Virus record (IMG/VR): IMGVR_UViG_3300030387_000087
Span: 45,149-109,148 of that record
Length of the DNA stretch: 64,000 nt
Strand: one strand, 5' to 3'
Source of the DNA: a virus
Shown here: piece by piece, positions 46,030-55,158 of the stretch
Layout of the letters: the number at the start of each line of letters is the position of its first letter
Numbering within the stretch: the stretch's first letter is position 1
Program-made: the position numbers and the translations under genes
The notes under the pieces: model-generated
Told to the model about the DNA's origin: nothing
What the model saw: only the letters and a program-made list of their open reading frames with translations
Database searches by the model: none

Positions 46030-46872
46030 TTGAAAAATACATATATAAAATCACCACTTAACTATGTTGGTGGTAAGTACAAACTGTTGCCACAGATTAT
46101 TCCATTATTTCCAGATAACATTGAAACATTTGTTGATTTATTTGGTGGAGGATTTAATGTCGGCATAAATGTAAATGCAAGATTAACGGTTTATAATGAT
46201 TTAGAAAGTCATGTTGTAGAGTTATTAAAATATTTAAAGGATACTGATACAGAAAAGTTGTTGTCAGAAATTGATAATTTGATAAGTAAATACAACCTAT
46301 CTAAAGAAAATGCAGAAGGATTTAATCAGTTGAGAGAATATTATAATGAAGAAAACAATAAGCCTATCGTATTTTACACAATGATTTGTTATGCGTTTAA
46401 TTATCAAATTCGTTTTAATCAGAACGGCAAATATAATATGCCTTTTGGCAAAGCAAGAAGTAGTTTCAATCCATCATTGAGACAGAAATTCATAACATTT
46501 ACGGATGCTTTGCATAACAAGGATTGTATGTTTTTTAATGTACCATTTCATAAATTTAGATTTGATGAATTAGAAAAAGGTGATTTTGTTTATGCTGATC
46601 CACCTTATTTTAATAGCGTAGCTGCTTACAATGAGCAAGGTGGTTGGACAGATAACCACGAAAGAACATTATTGGCACATCTGGATGAATTAAATTTCAA
46701 AGGAATATCTTTTGCTCTTAGTAATAATCTCAAATATGATAATCCATATTTAGATGAGTGGAAGAATAAATATAATGTTCATTATCTTAGTGGTGATTAT
46801 AGTAATTGTAATTATCATAAAATTGACAGAAGTAAGGATTGTGAAGTATTAATAACAAATTATCAAAGGTAG
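46030..46872 (+). CDS. Dam-family (D12 class) N6-adenine DNA methyltransferase
   Basis: N-term SPLNYVGGKYKLLPQI..FVDLFGGGFNV (motif I) and VYADPPYF (DPPY motif IV); TTG start. Confidence 0.8.
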   Translation: MKNTYIKSPLNYVGGKYKLLPQIIPLFPDNIETFVDLFGGGFNVGINVNARLTVYNDLESHVVELLKYLKDTDTEKLLSEIDNLISKYNLSKENAEGFNQLREYYNEENNKPIVFYTMICYAFNYQIRFNQNGKYNMPFGKARSSFNPSLRQKFITFTDALHNKDCMFFNVPFHKFRFDELEKGDFVYADPPYFNSVAAYNEQGGWTDNHERTLLAHLDELNFKGISFALSNNLKYDNPYLDEWKNKYNVHYLSGDYSNCNYHKIDRSKDCEVLITNYQR

Positions 46873-47123
46873 CAAGAAACATAGATTTCTTCTGCTCTAG
46901 CAGAGAATATATAAATGAGGTAAAACGAACTGAAAGCCTGAGATGGTGAAAAGGTAAAGGTGAAGACTGAAATTAACAAATCAGTCAACCGATGAGCGTA
47001 TAGGCTGAAACTTATTTGAGAATATAATGCCTTGGAACAAACCTCGATCCTAACATGTAATGATAAGGAATAAAGATGCTCTCATAGAGTACAGAAATGA
47101 ATGTACTCTTAATATGAAAAGAG
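46873..47123. other. 250-bp non-coding region, GC-richer than flanks, with short hairpins
   Basis: no ORF; CTGC-tcta-GCAG and GAGTACA-gaaatgaa-TGTACTC inverted repeats. Confidence 0.3.
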
Positions 47124-47453
47124 GTGAAGTTTTTGAAAATCGTACAAAATAAATCACATTATGATTTTAGAATAAAAATCGGAAATGACTATATAACTGT
47201 TGCAACGCTTCATCCGTGGTTATTTAGTAAACATAATCATAAATACAATCTGTATTTTTATTATTATGGAGCTGAGTATGAGGAAGGAACGTATGCTTGC
47301 TGTCATAGAAATGGGAATGAAAAAATGGTTGTATATGAGCAAGAGGATGAACTTCATAAAGAATTTCTTAAAAGAGTAACAAGGATAATTTCGAAGAAAC
47401 TGTATGTTATAGGAAGCTCGATACTAGAAGAAATAAAGTATATTGAGGATTAG
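47124..47453 (+). CDS. hypothetical protein
   Basis: ORF track; GTG start after aaaagaggtg. Confidence 0.45.
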   Translation: MKFLKIVQNKSHYDFRIKIGNDYITVATLHPWLFSKHNHKYNLYFYYYGAEYEEGTYACCHRNGNEKMVVYEQEDELHKEFLKRVTRIISKKLYVIGSSILEEIKYIED

Positions 47454-47480
47454 GAGAATAAATTAACAGGAGGTGATGCG

Positions 47481-48164
47481 ATGAGCAAGATTTACGATTA
47501 TGAAGAATATCAAAATCAACGAGTAAAAGTTACATATACTGATAAAAGAAAATACAGAGAAGAGAACATTGTTGGGCTATATGGACAAGTTATTAAAACT
47601 ACAAGCGGATCAATAGCTGTTCAGATTGATGGAATGTATAATGCAGCAAGCTCCAATGGATTATATTGGTTTAAAAGAAGTGAATTGGATATTATTAGAG
47701 ATGAAAGTGAGGAGAATAAAATGACAGGATTTAATAAAGTGGCGATTGTAAATTTGGTAGATGATTACAATAAGAAGGATTATGGATTTGCTTTATATGA
47801 TGAAGATTTTGATGAAATTATTGAGTATGATACAAAGCATCCGTTGTATGTGATTGTAAATGCAAGAGGAAAGGATAATAGAGTTCTTGGAATTATAAAA
47901 CAAATTAAAACAGTCAAAGAGTATGGTAAGAATGTGACAGCTCAGGTTGTCGGTGTCGTTAATATGAATGCATACAATGCAAGAATTGATGAGGAAAATC
48001 GTCAGAAAGAAATTGCAAAGCAGAAAGCTTCTATTGAAAAGGAGTTAAAGTCTGAGATTGAAAAGATGAATAATATTGCTTTATATGAAAAGATGGCAAA
48101 GGAGCATCCTGAGAATCCAAGACTCGCTGAACTTGTTAATGCACTGAAAGAGTTAGGAGAATAA
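47481..48164 (+). CDS. hypothetical protein with coiled-coil C-terminus
   Basis: ORF track; RBS acaggaggtgatg. Confidence 0.5.
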   Translation: MSKIYDYEEYQNQRVKVTYTDKRKYREENIVGLYGQVIKTTSGSIAVQIDGMYNAASSNGLYWFKRSELDIIRDESEENKMTGFNKVAIVNLVDDYNKKDYGFALYDEDFDEIIEYDTKHPLYVIVNARGKDNRVLGIIKQIKTVKEYGKNVTAQVVGVVNMNAYNARIDEENRQKEIAKQKASIEKELKSEIEKMNNIALYEKMAKEHPENPRLAELVNALKELGE

Positions 48165-48165
48165 T

Positions 48166-48426
48166 ATGGCAGGATTTATATCAAAGCAACCAAATGGATT
48201 ATATTGTAGATTTTCGAGTGTCACGGATTGTCCTACAGCATGGAATATGACAAGAGAAGATTATATCAATATGAAAATGCAGGAAGCAAAAGAAGACGCT
48301 GAAGATGTGTTGGATAATTATTTGAAGCCGTTTGATATGGTGATGGATATGTATTGTCCAAACAATATGACAAAAGAGGAATTTGATAAATTCCTTGAAG
48401 AGACTGGATATAGTAAAGGAGAATAA
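48166..48426 (+). CDS. hypothetical protein
   Basis: ORF track. Confidence 0.45.
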   Translation: MAGFISKQPNGLYCRFSSVTDCPTAWNMTREDYINMKMQEAKEDAEDVLDNYLKPFDMVMDMYCPNNMTKEEFDKFLEETGYSKGE

Positions 48427-48586
48427 ATCATATGAAGAAATGTGTAATTTTAGAAATGGAAAATAGCAATGATTTTGAGAATGTTATGAATGATTATTTG
48501 GATGATGGATACAAAGTAGAATCCAGTTCATGCAATAGTAGATACTATAAAGCAATTCTTGTGTTAAAGGAGGACGAATAGACCAT

Positions 48587-48874
48587 ATGAAGAAGAAAAT
48601 TTTAGCAGTTGTATTAGGATTAACATTATGTTTTGGAATGACTGGATGTGGTACTAGCGAAGGTAATAAAAATTATGATAGTCATTCAAAACTCGTTTCG
48701 ATAGAAGGTGAAAATGATTTATATTATTATTCCACAACTCATGTCATTTATATAGTATTTAATGAAGCAGAATATCAAGTTGGATATGGTTATATGTCAC
48801 CATATTATTCAGAGAATGGCAAGTTATGTACCTATGATACTAATACAAAACAGATAGTTGAAATTGGAGAATAA
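48587..48874 (+). CDS. putative lipoprotein
   Basis: signal peptide MKKKILAVVLGLTLCFGMTGC with lipobox-like MTGC. Confidence 0.5.
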   Translation: MKKKILAVVLGLTLCFGMTGCGTSEGNKNYDSHSKLVSIEGENDLYYYSTTHVIYIVFNEAEYQVGYGYMSPYYSENGKLCTYDTNTKQIVEIGE

Positions 48875-49023
48875 TATGATAGACAACGAATTACGTCAAC
48901 AATATAGACAAGCTGTTGATGATTTGAGAATAACATTTAAGAAGACTTGTTTGTACAGATTTTGCGAAAAAGTTGTGAAGAAATTAAGTAAGATTTTGAG
49001 ATAGTAAAGGAGAAGAATTGAAT

Positions 49024-49428
49024 ATGAAATTTAAAGGAATTGAATTAAAGGATAATACAGAAGCGGAATTATTAATCGCAATTGAAATAGTAAATATTAG
49101 CGATGAAGACGAATTAAACGAATATGGTGAAGAACTGGAAGAAACATTATATGATAAGGTTTTTGATTATGATAACTGCGATGTTTATACTGAATTTTTA
49201 GATGATGATCTTTTAAATGTGCGTTGTGATGATATTACATTTGATGAGAAAGGTGTTGAGCTTATTACAACAATTTACAAAGATATTATAGAAGCAAACT
49301 TAGATAATATTAATGTAATGATAGGTGTTCATGTTGATGGGGGTGAATGGTTTAAAAGAGAAGATGGTTCTGAATATAATGAAGATGTTGTTACTTTGGA
49401 AGAGTTTTTAAGTAATATTGAATATTAA
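49024..49428 (+). CDS. highly acidic protein (candidate DNA mimic)
   Basis: Asp/Glu-rich, very acidic by eye, throughout (SDEDELNEYGEELEETLYD..FLDDDLLNVRCDD). Confidence 0.5.
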   Translation: MKFKGIELKDNTEAELLIAIEIVNISDEDELNEYGEELEETLYDKVFDYDNCDVYTEFLDDDLLNVRCDDITFDEKGVELITTIYKDIIEANLDNINVMIGVHVDGGEWFKREDGSEYNEDVVTLEEFLSNIEY

Positions 49429-49474
49429 AAAGTGACAGTAAACCGAAGTTTCTTGGTGATTTAGGAGGTGGCAG

Positions 49475-49783
49475 ATGAGAAAAAATTATGAATTAGAACT
49501 ATATAAATTACTAATCAATCCAGAAGAAGACGACATTGACATCTCATATGTAGATGAATTTGGATGGGTTAGTAATACAGAGTTTTATGTTTGGATTAAT
49601 CTTAATTGGTTTAATGAATTTGTCAAACGATTGAGTGATATTTTTGGCTATTCGCTTTTTGATGAAGGTGGAATTGAAGCAAGAATTTGCAGTGATTGTG
49701 TATGTATCGACTTAGAAGAAGTTATTTCTGGATATGGTGTTGATCTTGAAGAAGTATTTCCAAGAAGTAAATATACACATTAA
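49475..49783 (+). CDS. acidic hypothetical protein
   Basis: ORF track; EEDDIDISYVDEFGW.. Confidence 0.45.
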   Translation: MRKNYELELYKLLINPEEDDIDISYVDEFGWVSNTEFYVWINLNWFNEFVKRLSDIFGYSLFDEGGIEARICSDCVCIDLEEVISGYGVDLEEVFPRSKYTH

Positions 49784-49785
49784 GA

Positions 49786-49848
49786 GAATAATACATTGAA
49801 AGGAGCAAGAGATTTGCTGCAGCATTAAATCTGGATTTGCTCTGAGTA
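49786..49848 (+). promoter_or_regulatory. conserved leader shared by two MTase genes (copy 1)
   Basis: 16-mer AATAATACATTGAAAG plus GCAGC-TTAAA-..TTTGCTCTGAGTA immediately upstream of ATG 49853. Confidence 0.45.
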
Positions 49849-49852
49849 AGAA

Positions 49853-50722
49853 ATGTTAGAGATTAACAAAATATACAATGAAGATTGCCTTGAAGGTATG
49901 AAAAAGATTGATAATAATTCAGTCGATTTTATCTTCACTGATCTTCCGTATAATACGACCAATAATTCTTGGGAATGTGAGATGCCATTAAATGATTATG
50001 TTGAGTTATCGGGACAATATTTCTATGAAACAGATTTATTTAAGTTGGCTCAAGTAACAAATAGAAGTCTTGAATATACAAGAGATTGGTTTTATGAGAA
50101 CAAAAAAGACGGTTTATGGACTTATTATAATCGAATTATCAAAGATAATGGTTGTATTGCATTATGGGCGCAATCACCATTTGATAAGAGGCTCGCTTGT
50201 AGTAATGAAAAATTGTATCGCTACGAATGGATTATCGAAAAGACCAAAGCAACTGGTCATCTAAATGCAAAGAAAATGCCGATGAAGGCTCATGAAAATG
50301 TCTTGATATTCTATAAGAAACTCCCTACTTACAATCCACAAATGACAGAAGGACATACACCTGTCCATTCTTATACAAAACATACAACAGATGGTAATTG
50401 TTATGGTACTACAAAGACTGGTATTTCAGGTGGTGGTAGTACACAAAGATATCCAAGAGATGTTCTGCAGTTCAAGTGGGATACTCAGAAAAGTAGCTTA
50501 CACCAGTGCCAAAAGCCCGTTGAAGCGTGTGAGTATATGATTAAAACCTACACCAACCCAGGCGATTTAGTTCTTGATTCATGTGCAGGAAGTTGTACAA
50601 CTGCAGTTGCAGCTTTGAATACAGGTAGAAATTACATATGTTTCGAGAAGGACAAGGATATTTTTGAGGTTGGAAGTAAGAGAGTGGCTGATTATAAAGG
50701 AGAAATAAATGACAGAGAATGA
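49853..50722 (+). CDS. beta-class DNA amino-methyltransferase (N6-adenine or N4-cytosine)
   Basis: NKIYNEDCLEGMKKI..VDFIFTDLPYN (motif IV before motif I) and LVLDSCAGSCTTAVAA (FxGxG-like). Confidence 0.75.
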   Translation: MLEINKIYNEDCLEGMKKIDNNSVDFIFTDLPYNTTNNSWECEMPLNDYVELSGQYFYETDLFKLAQVTNRSLEYTRDWFYENKKDGLWTYYNRIIKDNGCIALWAQSPFDKRLACSNEKLYRYEWIIEKTKATGHLNAKKMPMKAHENVLIFYKKLPTYNPQMTEGHTPVHSYTKHTTDGNCYGTTKTGISGGGSTQRYPRDVLQFKWDTQKSSLHQCQKPVEACEYMIKTYTNPGDLVLDSCAGSCTTAVAALNTGRNYICFEKDKDIFEVGSKRVADYKGEINDRE

Positions 50723-50996
50723 AGCTATTGAAGAGCTAAAATATGATTGTAATGAACTTGGCAAAGCAATTCCATGTGATACTTCATGGGGATGTTCTTT
50801 TGAAAATGCTTATGGAATGGCAATCCAAGCACTTGAAAAACAGATACCAAAGAAAGTGAAAAATAGCGGAGAGAGAATTCCGTTTGAATGGTATTGTCCT
50901 GTTTGTGGTGAACTATTGTGTGATGATGGATACAAAGATACCGACATCAAATATTGTGATCAATGTGGTCAGGCATTAGATTGGGAGAATACATAA
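50709..50996 (+). CDS. zinc-finger protein
   Basis: CPVCGELLC..CDQCGQAL. Confidence 0.45.
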   Translation: MTENEAIEELKYDCNELGKAIPCDTSWGCSFENAYGMAIQALEKQIPKKVKNSGERIPFEWYCPVCGELLCDDGYKDTDIKYCDQCGQALDWENT

Positions 50997-51012
50997 ATGA
51001 GCAACTGCGACA

Positions 51013-51028
51013 ATAATACATTGAAAGA
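51013..51028 (+). repeat. second exact copy of 16-mer AATAATACATTGAAAG
   Basis: identical to 49786..49801; ~35 nt upstream of gene 51061. Confidence 0.4.
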
Positions 51029-51060
51029 AATCTTTCATTCGGTAAGGAGGTGAGAAAATA

Positions 51061-51288
51061 ATGGAATTAATTGTATGTTTTTATATATTATTGATTCTTG
51101 GAATGGGAGTATCGTCCATGTTTGGAGATTTTGATGGCATGGCAGTTACACCTAAAGAAATATACGACAGTAATAACATGAATATGTTTGGATGTATAAT
51201 TGTGTTTATGATTTGTTTTATTTTGAATCCATTATTTTATATAACACATTTTATACATTGGTTATTCCATGTTGGAAGAAAAGATTGA
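51061..51288 (+). CDS. small membrane protein (2 TM)
   Basis: IVCFYILLILGMGV and FGCIIVFMICFILNPLFY. Confidence 0.4.
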   Translation: MELIVCFYILLILGMGVSSMFGDFDGMAVTPKEIYDSNNMNMFGCIIVFMICFILNPLFYITHFIHWLFHVGRKD

Positions 51289-51307
51289 CGAGTAGGAGAA
51301 TAACTAA

Positions 51308-51577
51308 ATGGCAGAAAAATTTTCAATAGTAAAGCAACTCGATACAGAAAAATTAAGTGGAAAAATTGCTTATTTTGTATATGAGAATGGTCATGATCCA
51401 TATATTTTTGCAAATCATGAAACTTTAGAAGCATTAAAGAAACCATATGAACAGGAAATGGTGTTTACCAGTTTTGATGGTAAGAAAACTCTTTGTAAAG
51501 GTCTAATTGGTAGGTATCAAGGTTACAAGATGTTTGAAGACAACACATTAAAATATGGTGAAATTGAATTGAGATAA
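51308..51577 (+). CDS. hypothetical protein
   Basis: ORF track; RBS agtaggagaat. Confidence 0.45.
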   Translation: MAEKFSIVKQLDTEKLSGKIAYFVYENGHDPYIFANHETLEALKKPYEQEMVFTSFDGKKTLCKGLIGRYQGYKMFEDNTLKYGEIELR

Positions 51578-51607
51578 GAAAATATTAATACGAAAGGAGT
51601 GTGAGTG

Positions 51608-51636
51608 GCAGCCTTAAAGAAATTTCGCTCTGAGTA
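51608..51636 (+). promoter_or_regulatory. conserved leader shared by two MTase genes (copy 2)
   Basis: GCAGCCTTAAAGAAATTTCGCTCTGAGTA immediately upstream of ATG 51643; compare 49817..49848. Confidence 0.45.
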
Positions 51637-51642
51637 GATTAA

Positions 51643-52383
51643 ATGAAATATATGGGATCTAAGGCAAGAATAGCAAAATACATCTTGCCGATTATTCAAA
51701 AAAGATTAGCGGATTATAATATTCATACATATATTGAGCCGTTCAGTGGTGGGATGAATATGATTGATAAAGTCAGATGCGAACATAAAATTGCATCTGA
51801 TAATAATGAGTATCTAATTGAGATATTCAAAAATATGGATAAACTCGAATCTATGTTGCCAGAAATGGTATCTAAAGAACATTACGATGAATGTAGAAAA
51901 GCATATTATAATAAAGATTTCTCAAATTTTCCACAATGGTATATTGGTGCAATTGGATTTTTAGCAAGTTATTCAGGAAGATTTTATTCTGGCGGTTTTA
52001 ATGGTCAGAGTTATTTGGATGGTATGAGCAAACGTTGTTACTATGATGAAGCAAAAAGGAATTTACTAAAACAACTCCCTTCATTGGAAGGAATTGATTT
52101 TGTTTATGGAGATTATGAAGAATTATATTCCAATAAAACTGATTGCTTATTTTACTGTGATATACCGTATAAATCTGTTAAGCAATATGATACTTCCATA
52201 AATTTTGATTACGATAGATTTTGGAATTGGGCTGAGAAAATGTCTGAGAAGAACATCGTACTGGTTTCAGAATATATAGCTCCTGATAATTGGGATTGTA
52301 TTTGGAGCAAACCATTATTAAAAACTATGAATCATGGTAACAATGTTAATTCTGTAGAAAAGTTGTTTGAATTAAGAGAATAA
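51643..52383 (+). CDS. Dam-family N6-adenine DNA methyltransferase, second paralogue (DIPY variant)
   Basis: MKYMGSKARIAKYILPII..YIEPFSGGMN (motif I) and LFYCDIPYKS (DPPY-like). Confidence 0.7.
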   Translation: MKYMGSKARIAKYILPIIQKRLADYNIHTYIEPFSGGMNMIDKVRCEHKIASDNNEYLIEIFKNMDKLESMLPEMVSKEHYDECRKAYYNKDFSNFPQWYIGAIGFLASYSGRFYSGGFNGQSYLDGMSKRCYYDEAKRNLLKQLPSLEGIDFVYGDYEELYSNKTDCLFYCDIPYKSVKQYDTSINFDYDRFWNWAEKMSEKNIVLVSEYIAPDNWDCIWSKPLLKTMNHGNNVNSVEKLFELRE

Positions 52384-52403
52384 TTTAGTGAGGTGAATGA
52401 GAT

Positions 52404-52688
52404 ATGAGAATTGAAGAAATTGCATTAAGGCAGGAAGCACGTCAGATGTTATGTGAAGCTGGTCTTACAAAAGAAGAATTAAAGGAACTTGTTCTTAAAG
52501 ATTTAGATGATAAAGTCGTTAAAGCTATCGAAGGAAAAATAAAAGGTATTGATTTTGATCAGATGATTATCGAAAGAGTGGATGCTGCAATGACAAAAGC
52601 AATTAATAATGTTGTACAGAAGTATGTCGATAATTACTTCTACAATAGAAAACTCAATATTAAAGCAACGGCATCTTTTGAAGAATAA
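52404..52688 (+). CDS. hypothetical protein
   Basis: ORF track; RBS gaggtgaatgag. Confidence 0.45.
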   Translation: MRIEEIALRQEARQMLCEAGLTKEELKELVLKDLDDKVVKAIEGKIKGIDFDQMIIERVDAAMTKAINNVVQKYVDNYFYNRKLNIKATASFEE

Positions 52689-52725
52689 ATCTAATGAAGC
52701 TCGCATTTCACAAGGAGGCAAAATA

Positions 52726-52968
52726 TTGAGGATTGGTGACAAAGAAAATGTTAATGAAATCACACTCAGACATAAGGGCAGAGATATTAAATTTGAATGT
52801 TTTATCAAACCATTTCCTTACGCAGAAAGATTGGATTTAAAAGAAAAAGATCCAGTTGAGATTCTTTTTGATGATTTGACAGAAGTAGATGCATTAATTG
52901 ATATGTTAAAAAGATTCAAACAGGAGTCACAGGAATATATAGGCGTTTGGAAGAGGAGTGGAAATTAA
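52726..52968 (+). CDS. hypothetical protein
   Basis: TTG after RBS caaggaggc; avoids overlap implied by track ORF 52609. Confidence 0.35.
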   Translation: MRIGDKENVNEITLRHKGRDIKFECFIKPFPYAERLDLKEKDPVEILFDDLTEVDALIDMLKRFKQESQEYIGVWKRSGN

Positions 52969-53181
52969 ATGGATATTTATAATACAAAACGAAGAAAAAT
53001 TAAATGTGTTAGAAACGATGATGACGTATGGGGTGGTGGCGGTGAAAATCATCACTTATTGGAAGTTGGTAAAGAATATACATTGGAAGATATTGTAGTT
53101 CATTCTTGGCACACAATTGTATATATAAAAGAGTTTCCAGATGTGGAATTCAATAGTGTTGCATTTGAAGAAATTGAATAG
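52969..53181 (+). CDS. hypothetical protein
   Basis: ORF track; RBS aagaggagtgg. Confidence 0.4.
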   Translation: MDIYNTKRRKIKCVRNDDDVWGGGGENHHLLEVGKEYTLEDIVVHSWHTIVYIKEFPDVEFNSVAFEEIE

Positions 53182-53191
53182 GAGGGAAATC

Positions 53192-53548
53192 GTGTATCAG
53201 AATTGTTGTAAAAAGTGTGGAAGTGTTGCACTTCATACAGAAGTAAAAGGTAATAATACAGGATTGTATTGTGATGATTGTGGTGCTTGGGTGAAATGGC
53301 TTGGCAAGGATGAACTGAGAGCATTTGAATATTCTCAGAAATCAAAGTTACCAAAGACAAGTTGTAACATTCCAATGCCAAAAGTGGCTGTTGTTGGTGC
53401 TCCTGGTATTATTGCAAAAATCAAATTATGTGGTGGTGCTTTTACAATTAATGTAGACGAAACAATGCAGTGGAAGAAACCAACTGATGAACAGATTAAG
53501 AATTTGCATGATATGTTATGTATTGATGTGGAAATGTTAGGAGAATAA
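53192..53548 (+). CDS. zinc-ribbon protein
   Basis: GTG after RBS taggagggaaatc; CCKKCGS..CDDCGAW. Confidence 0.4.
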   Translation: MYQNCCKKCGSVALHTEVKGNNTGLYCDDCGAWVKWLGKDELRAFEYSQKSKLPKTSCNIPMPKVAVVGAPGIIAKIKLCGGAFTINVDETMQWKKPTDEQIKNLHDMLCIDVEMLGE

Positions 53549-53552
53549 CCAT

Positions 53553-53903
53553 ATGGAAGATTCAGTGAGATTTATGCTGTTTTACGCCTCAATACTATTA
53601 TCTTGTAAGGATGAAGAATTAGCTGATTTTATTGATAATACAGCAAGTGTTAATTATGTTGGTGGAATTCCAATTGATTTACATGAATGTTCTATTGAAG
53701 AATTAAGTGGTATTAGAGAAGGATTTGTGAGGCAAGTTCTGAGTCAAGCAAAAGATGAACTGGATAAATTGGCAACAGTGCAGCCATTAAGATACAAACC
53801 TGTATATGATGGACAAATTGATATGTGGGATGAATTTTATAGGATAAATGGAATGGTAAGGATGAAAGATGCTATTGTTAGATTGGTTAAAGAAGGAGAA
53901 TAA
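53553..53903 (+). CDS. hypothetical protein
   Basis: ORF track; RBS ttaggagaat. Confidence 0.45.
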   Translation: MEDSVRFMLFYASILLSCKDEELADFIDNTASVNYVGGIPIDLHECSIEELSGIREGFVRQVLSQAKDELDKLATVQPLRYKPVYDGQIDMWDEFYRINGMVRMKDAIVRLVKEGE

Positions 53904-53907
53904 TCAT

Positions 53908-54192
53908 ATGGGACAGTTAATTGATAAAGCAGTATTACGAAAAGAATTGTCCAAGCTACCATCTGAAATGGGCTTTGTAAGAAAGTCTGATGTGATGCAA
54001 ATTCTTGGAAATCAGAAATGTGTATCAGATTACATTCAATGGAAGAATTGGTTAGATAAATGGAAAATAAAGTACGAAGAGAAAACATGGAATCCTAATG
54101 TAAAAGAATTAATTATTGGTGGTACTTATTGTCAAGCAGCTATTGTATTTGATTTGAATGATAATTTTATAGAAATGACAGCATATGAATAA
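53908..54192 (+). CDS. hypothetical protein
   Basis: internal ATG (MGQLIDK) after RBS aagaaggagaat. Confidence 0.45.
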   Translation: MGQLIDKAVLRKELSKLPSEMGFVRKSDVMQILGNQKCVSDYIQWKNWLDKWKIKYEEKTWNPNVKELIIGGTYCQAAIVFDLNDNFIEMTAYE

Positions 54193-54258
54193 TAATAATT
54201 TGACAAGAATCCTGTCTTTCATTGTGAAATTATAAATTAAAAGAAAGTAGAGATTAAA

Positions 54259-54624
54259 ATGAAAAAAGAAATCATATTGAGAAAGTATTATCATCAGTTA
54301 TTTTTTGAATTATATAATCCTAAATATATACACATTGGTAATTATTGGTTAGAAAAAATAAAGCGGAAAACACATTATACTTATAAAAGTATGCGAAAAA
54401 CTTGCATTTGTATAAAATGGTTTGTTGATAATTACGATATTAATAAATTTGTGTGTTCGTTGGATGTTTATGGAAATTATTACGGTGCTTTTATTCATGA
54501 TGACAACGATGAGATTGTTGATCGAGTTTTTCTAAAAACAAATAATGGAATATATACAATTGAGTCTATTTATAACGACAAGATATATAAAGGAATAGAC
54601 CAATGCGATTATTTGGAGAAATAA
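54259..54624 (+). CDS. hypothetical protein
   Basis: ORF track. Confidence 0.45.
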   Translation: MKKEIILRKYYHQLFFELYNPKYIHIGNYWLEKIKRKTHYTYKSMRKTCICIKWFVDNYDINKFVCSLDVYGNYYGAFIHDDNDEIVDRVFLKTNNGIYTIESIYNDKIYKGIDQCDYLEK

Positions 54625-54668
54625 TAAATGTTTTTAAAATTAAAATGATTGGAAAAAGAGGTGAATAA

Positions 54669-55145
54669 ATGTTAGTACCTGCAATTTTATATAAGGAGCA
54701 AATTATAAAAGAATTTCAGAAACTCTATTATACAGAAGATATGATGTTTGAGTCTGGCTGCCTAGAACAGTGGTGTCCTAATATATCAGATATTCCAAGA
54801 GAAGGAAGATTTGATTATGCGATTGTACATAATGATAAATTAATCGGTTATTTATCATATCAAGTAGATTATTACGCATCCAAAGCATATAATTTTGGTC
54901 TTATGTCATTCGACAGAGGGAATATTACCATTGGAAAAGACTTATTTGATAAATTAGAAGAACTTGTATCTCGGTTGCATAGAATTGAATGGCGAATGGT
55001 CGGTGGCAATCCTGTTGAGAGAAGTTATGACAGATTTTGTGAAAAACATGGTGGTAGGAAACATATTCTCAAAGATGCCATAAAAGATGCCAAAGGTAAT
55101 TATCGTGATGATGTGATTTATGAGATTGTAACAGAGAATAAGTAA
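54669..55145 (+). CDS. hypothetical protein
   Basis: ORF track; RBS aaaagaggtgaat. Confidence 0.45.
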   Translation: MLVPAILYKEQIIKEFQKLYYTEDMMFESGCLEQWCPNISDIPREGRFDYAIVHNDKLIGYLSYQVDYYASKAYNFGLMSFDRGNITIGKDLFDKLEELVSRLHRIEWRMVGGNPVERSYDRFCEKHGGRKHILKDAIKDAKGNYRDDVIYEIVTENK

Positions 55146-55158
55146 AGGAGGAAACTGA

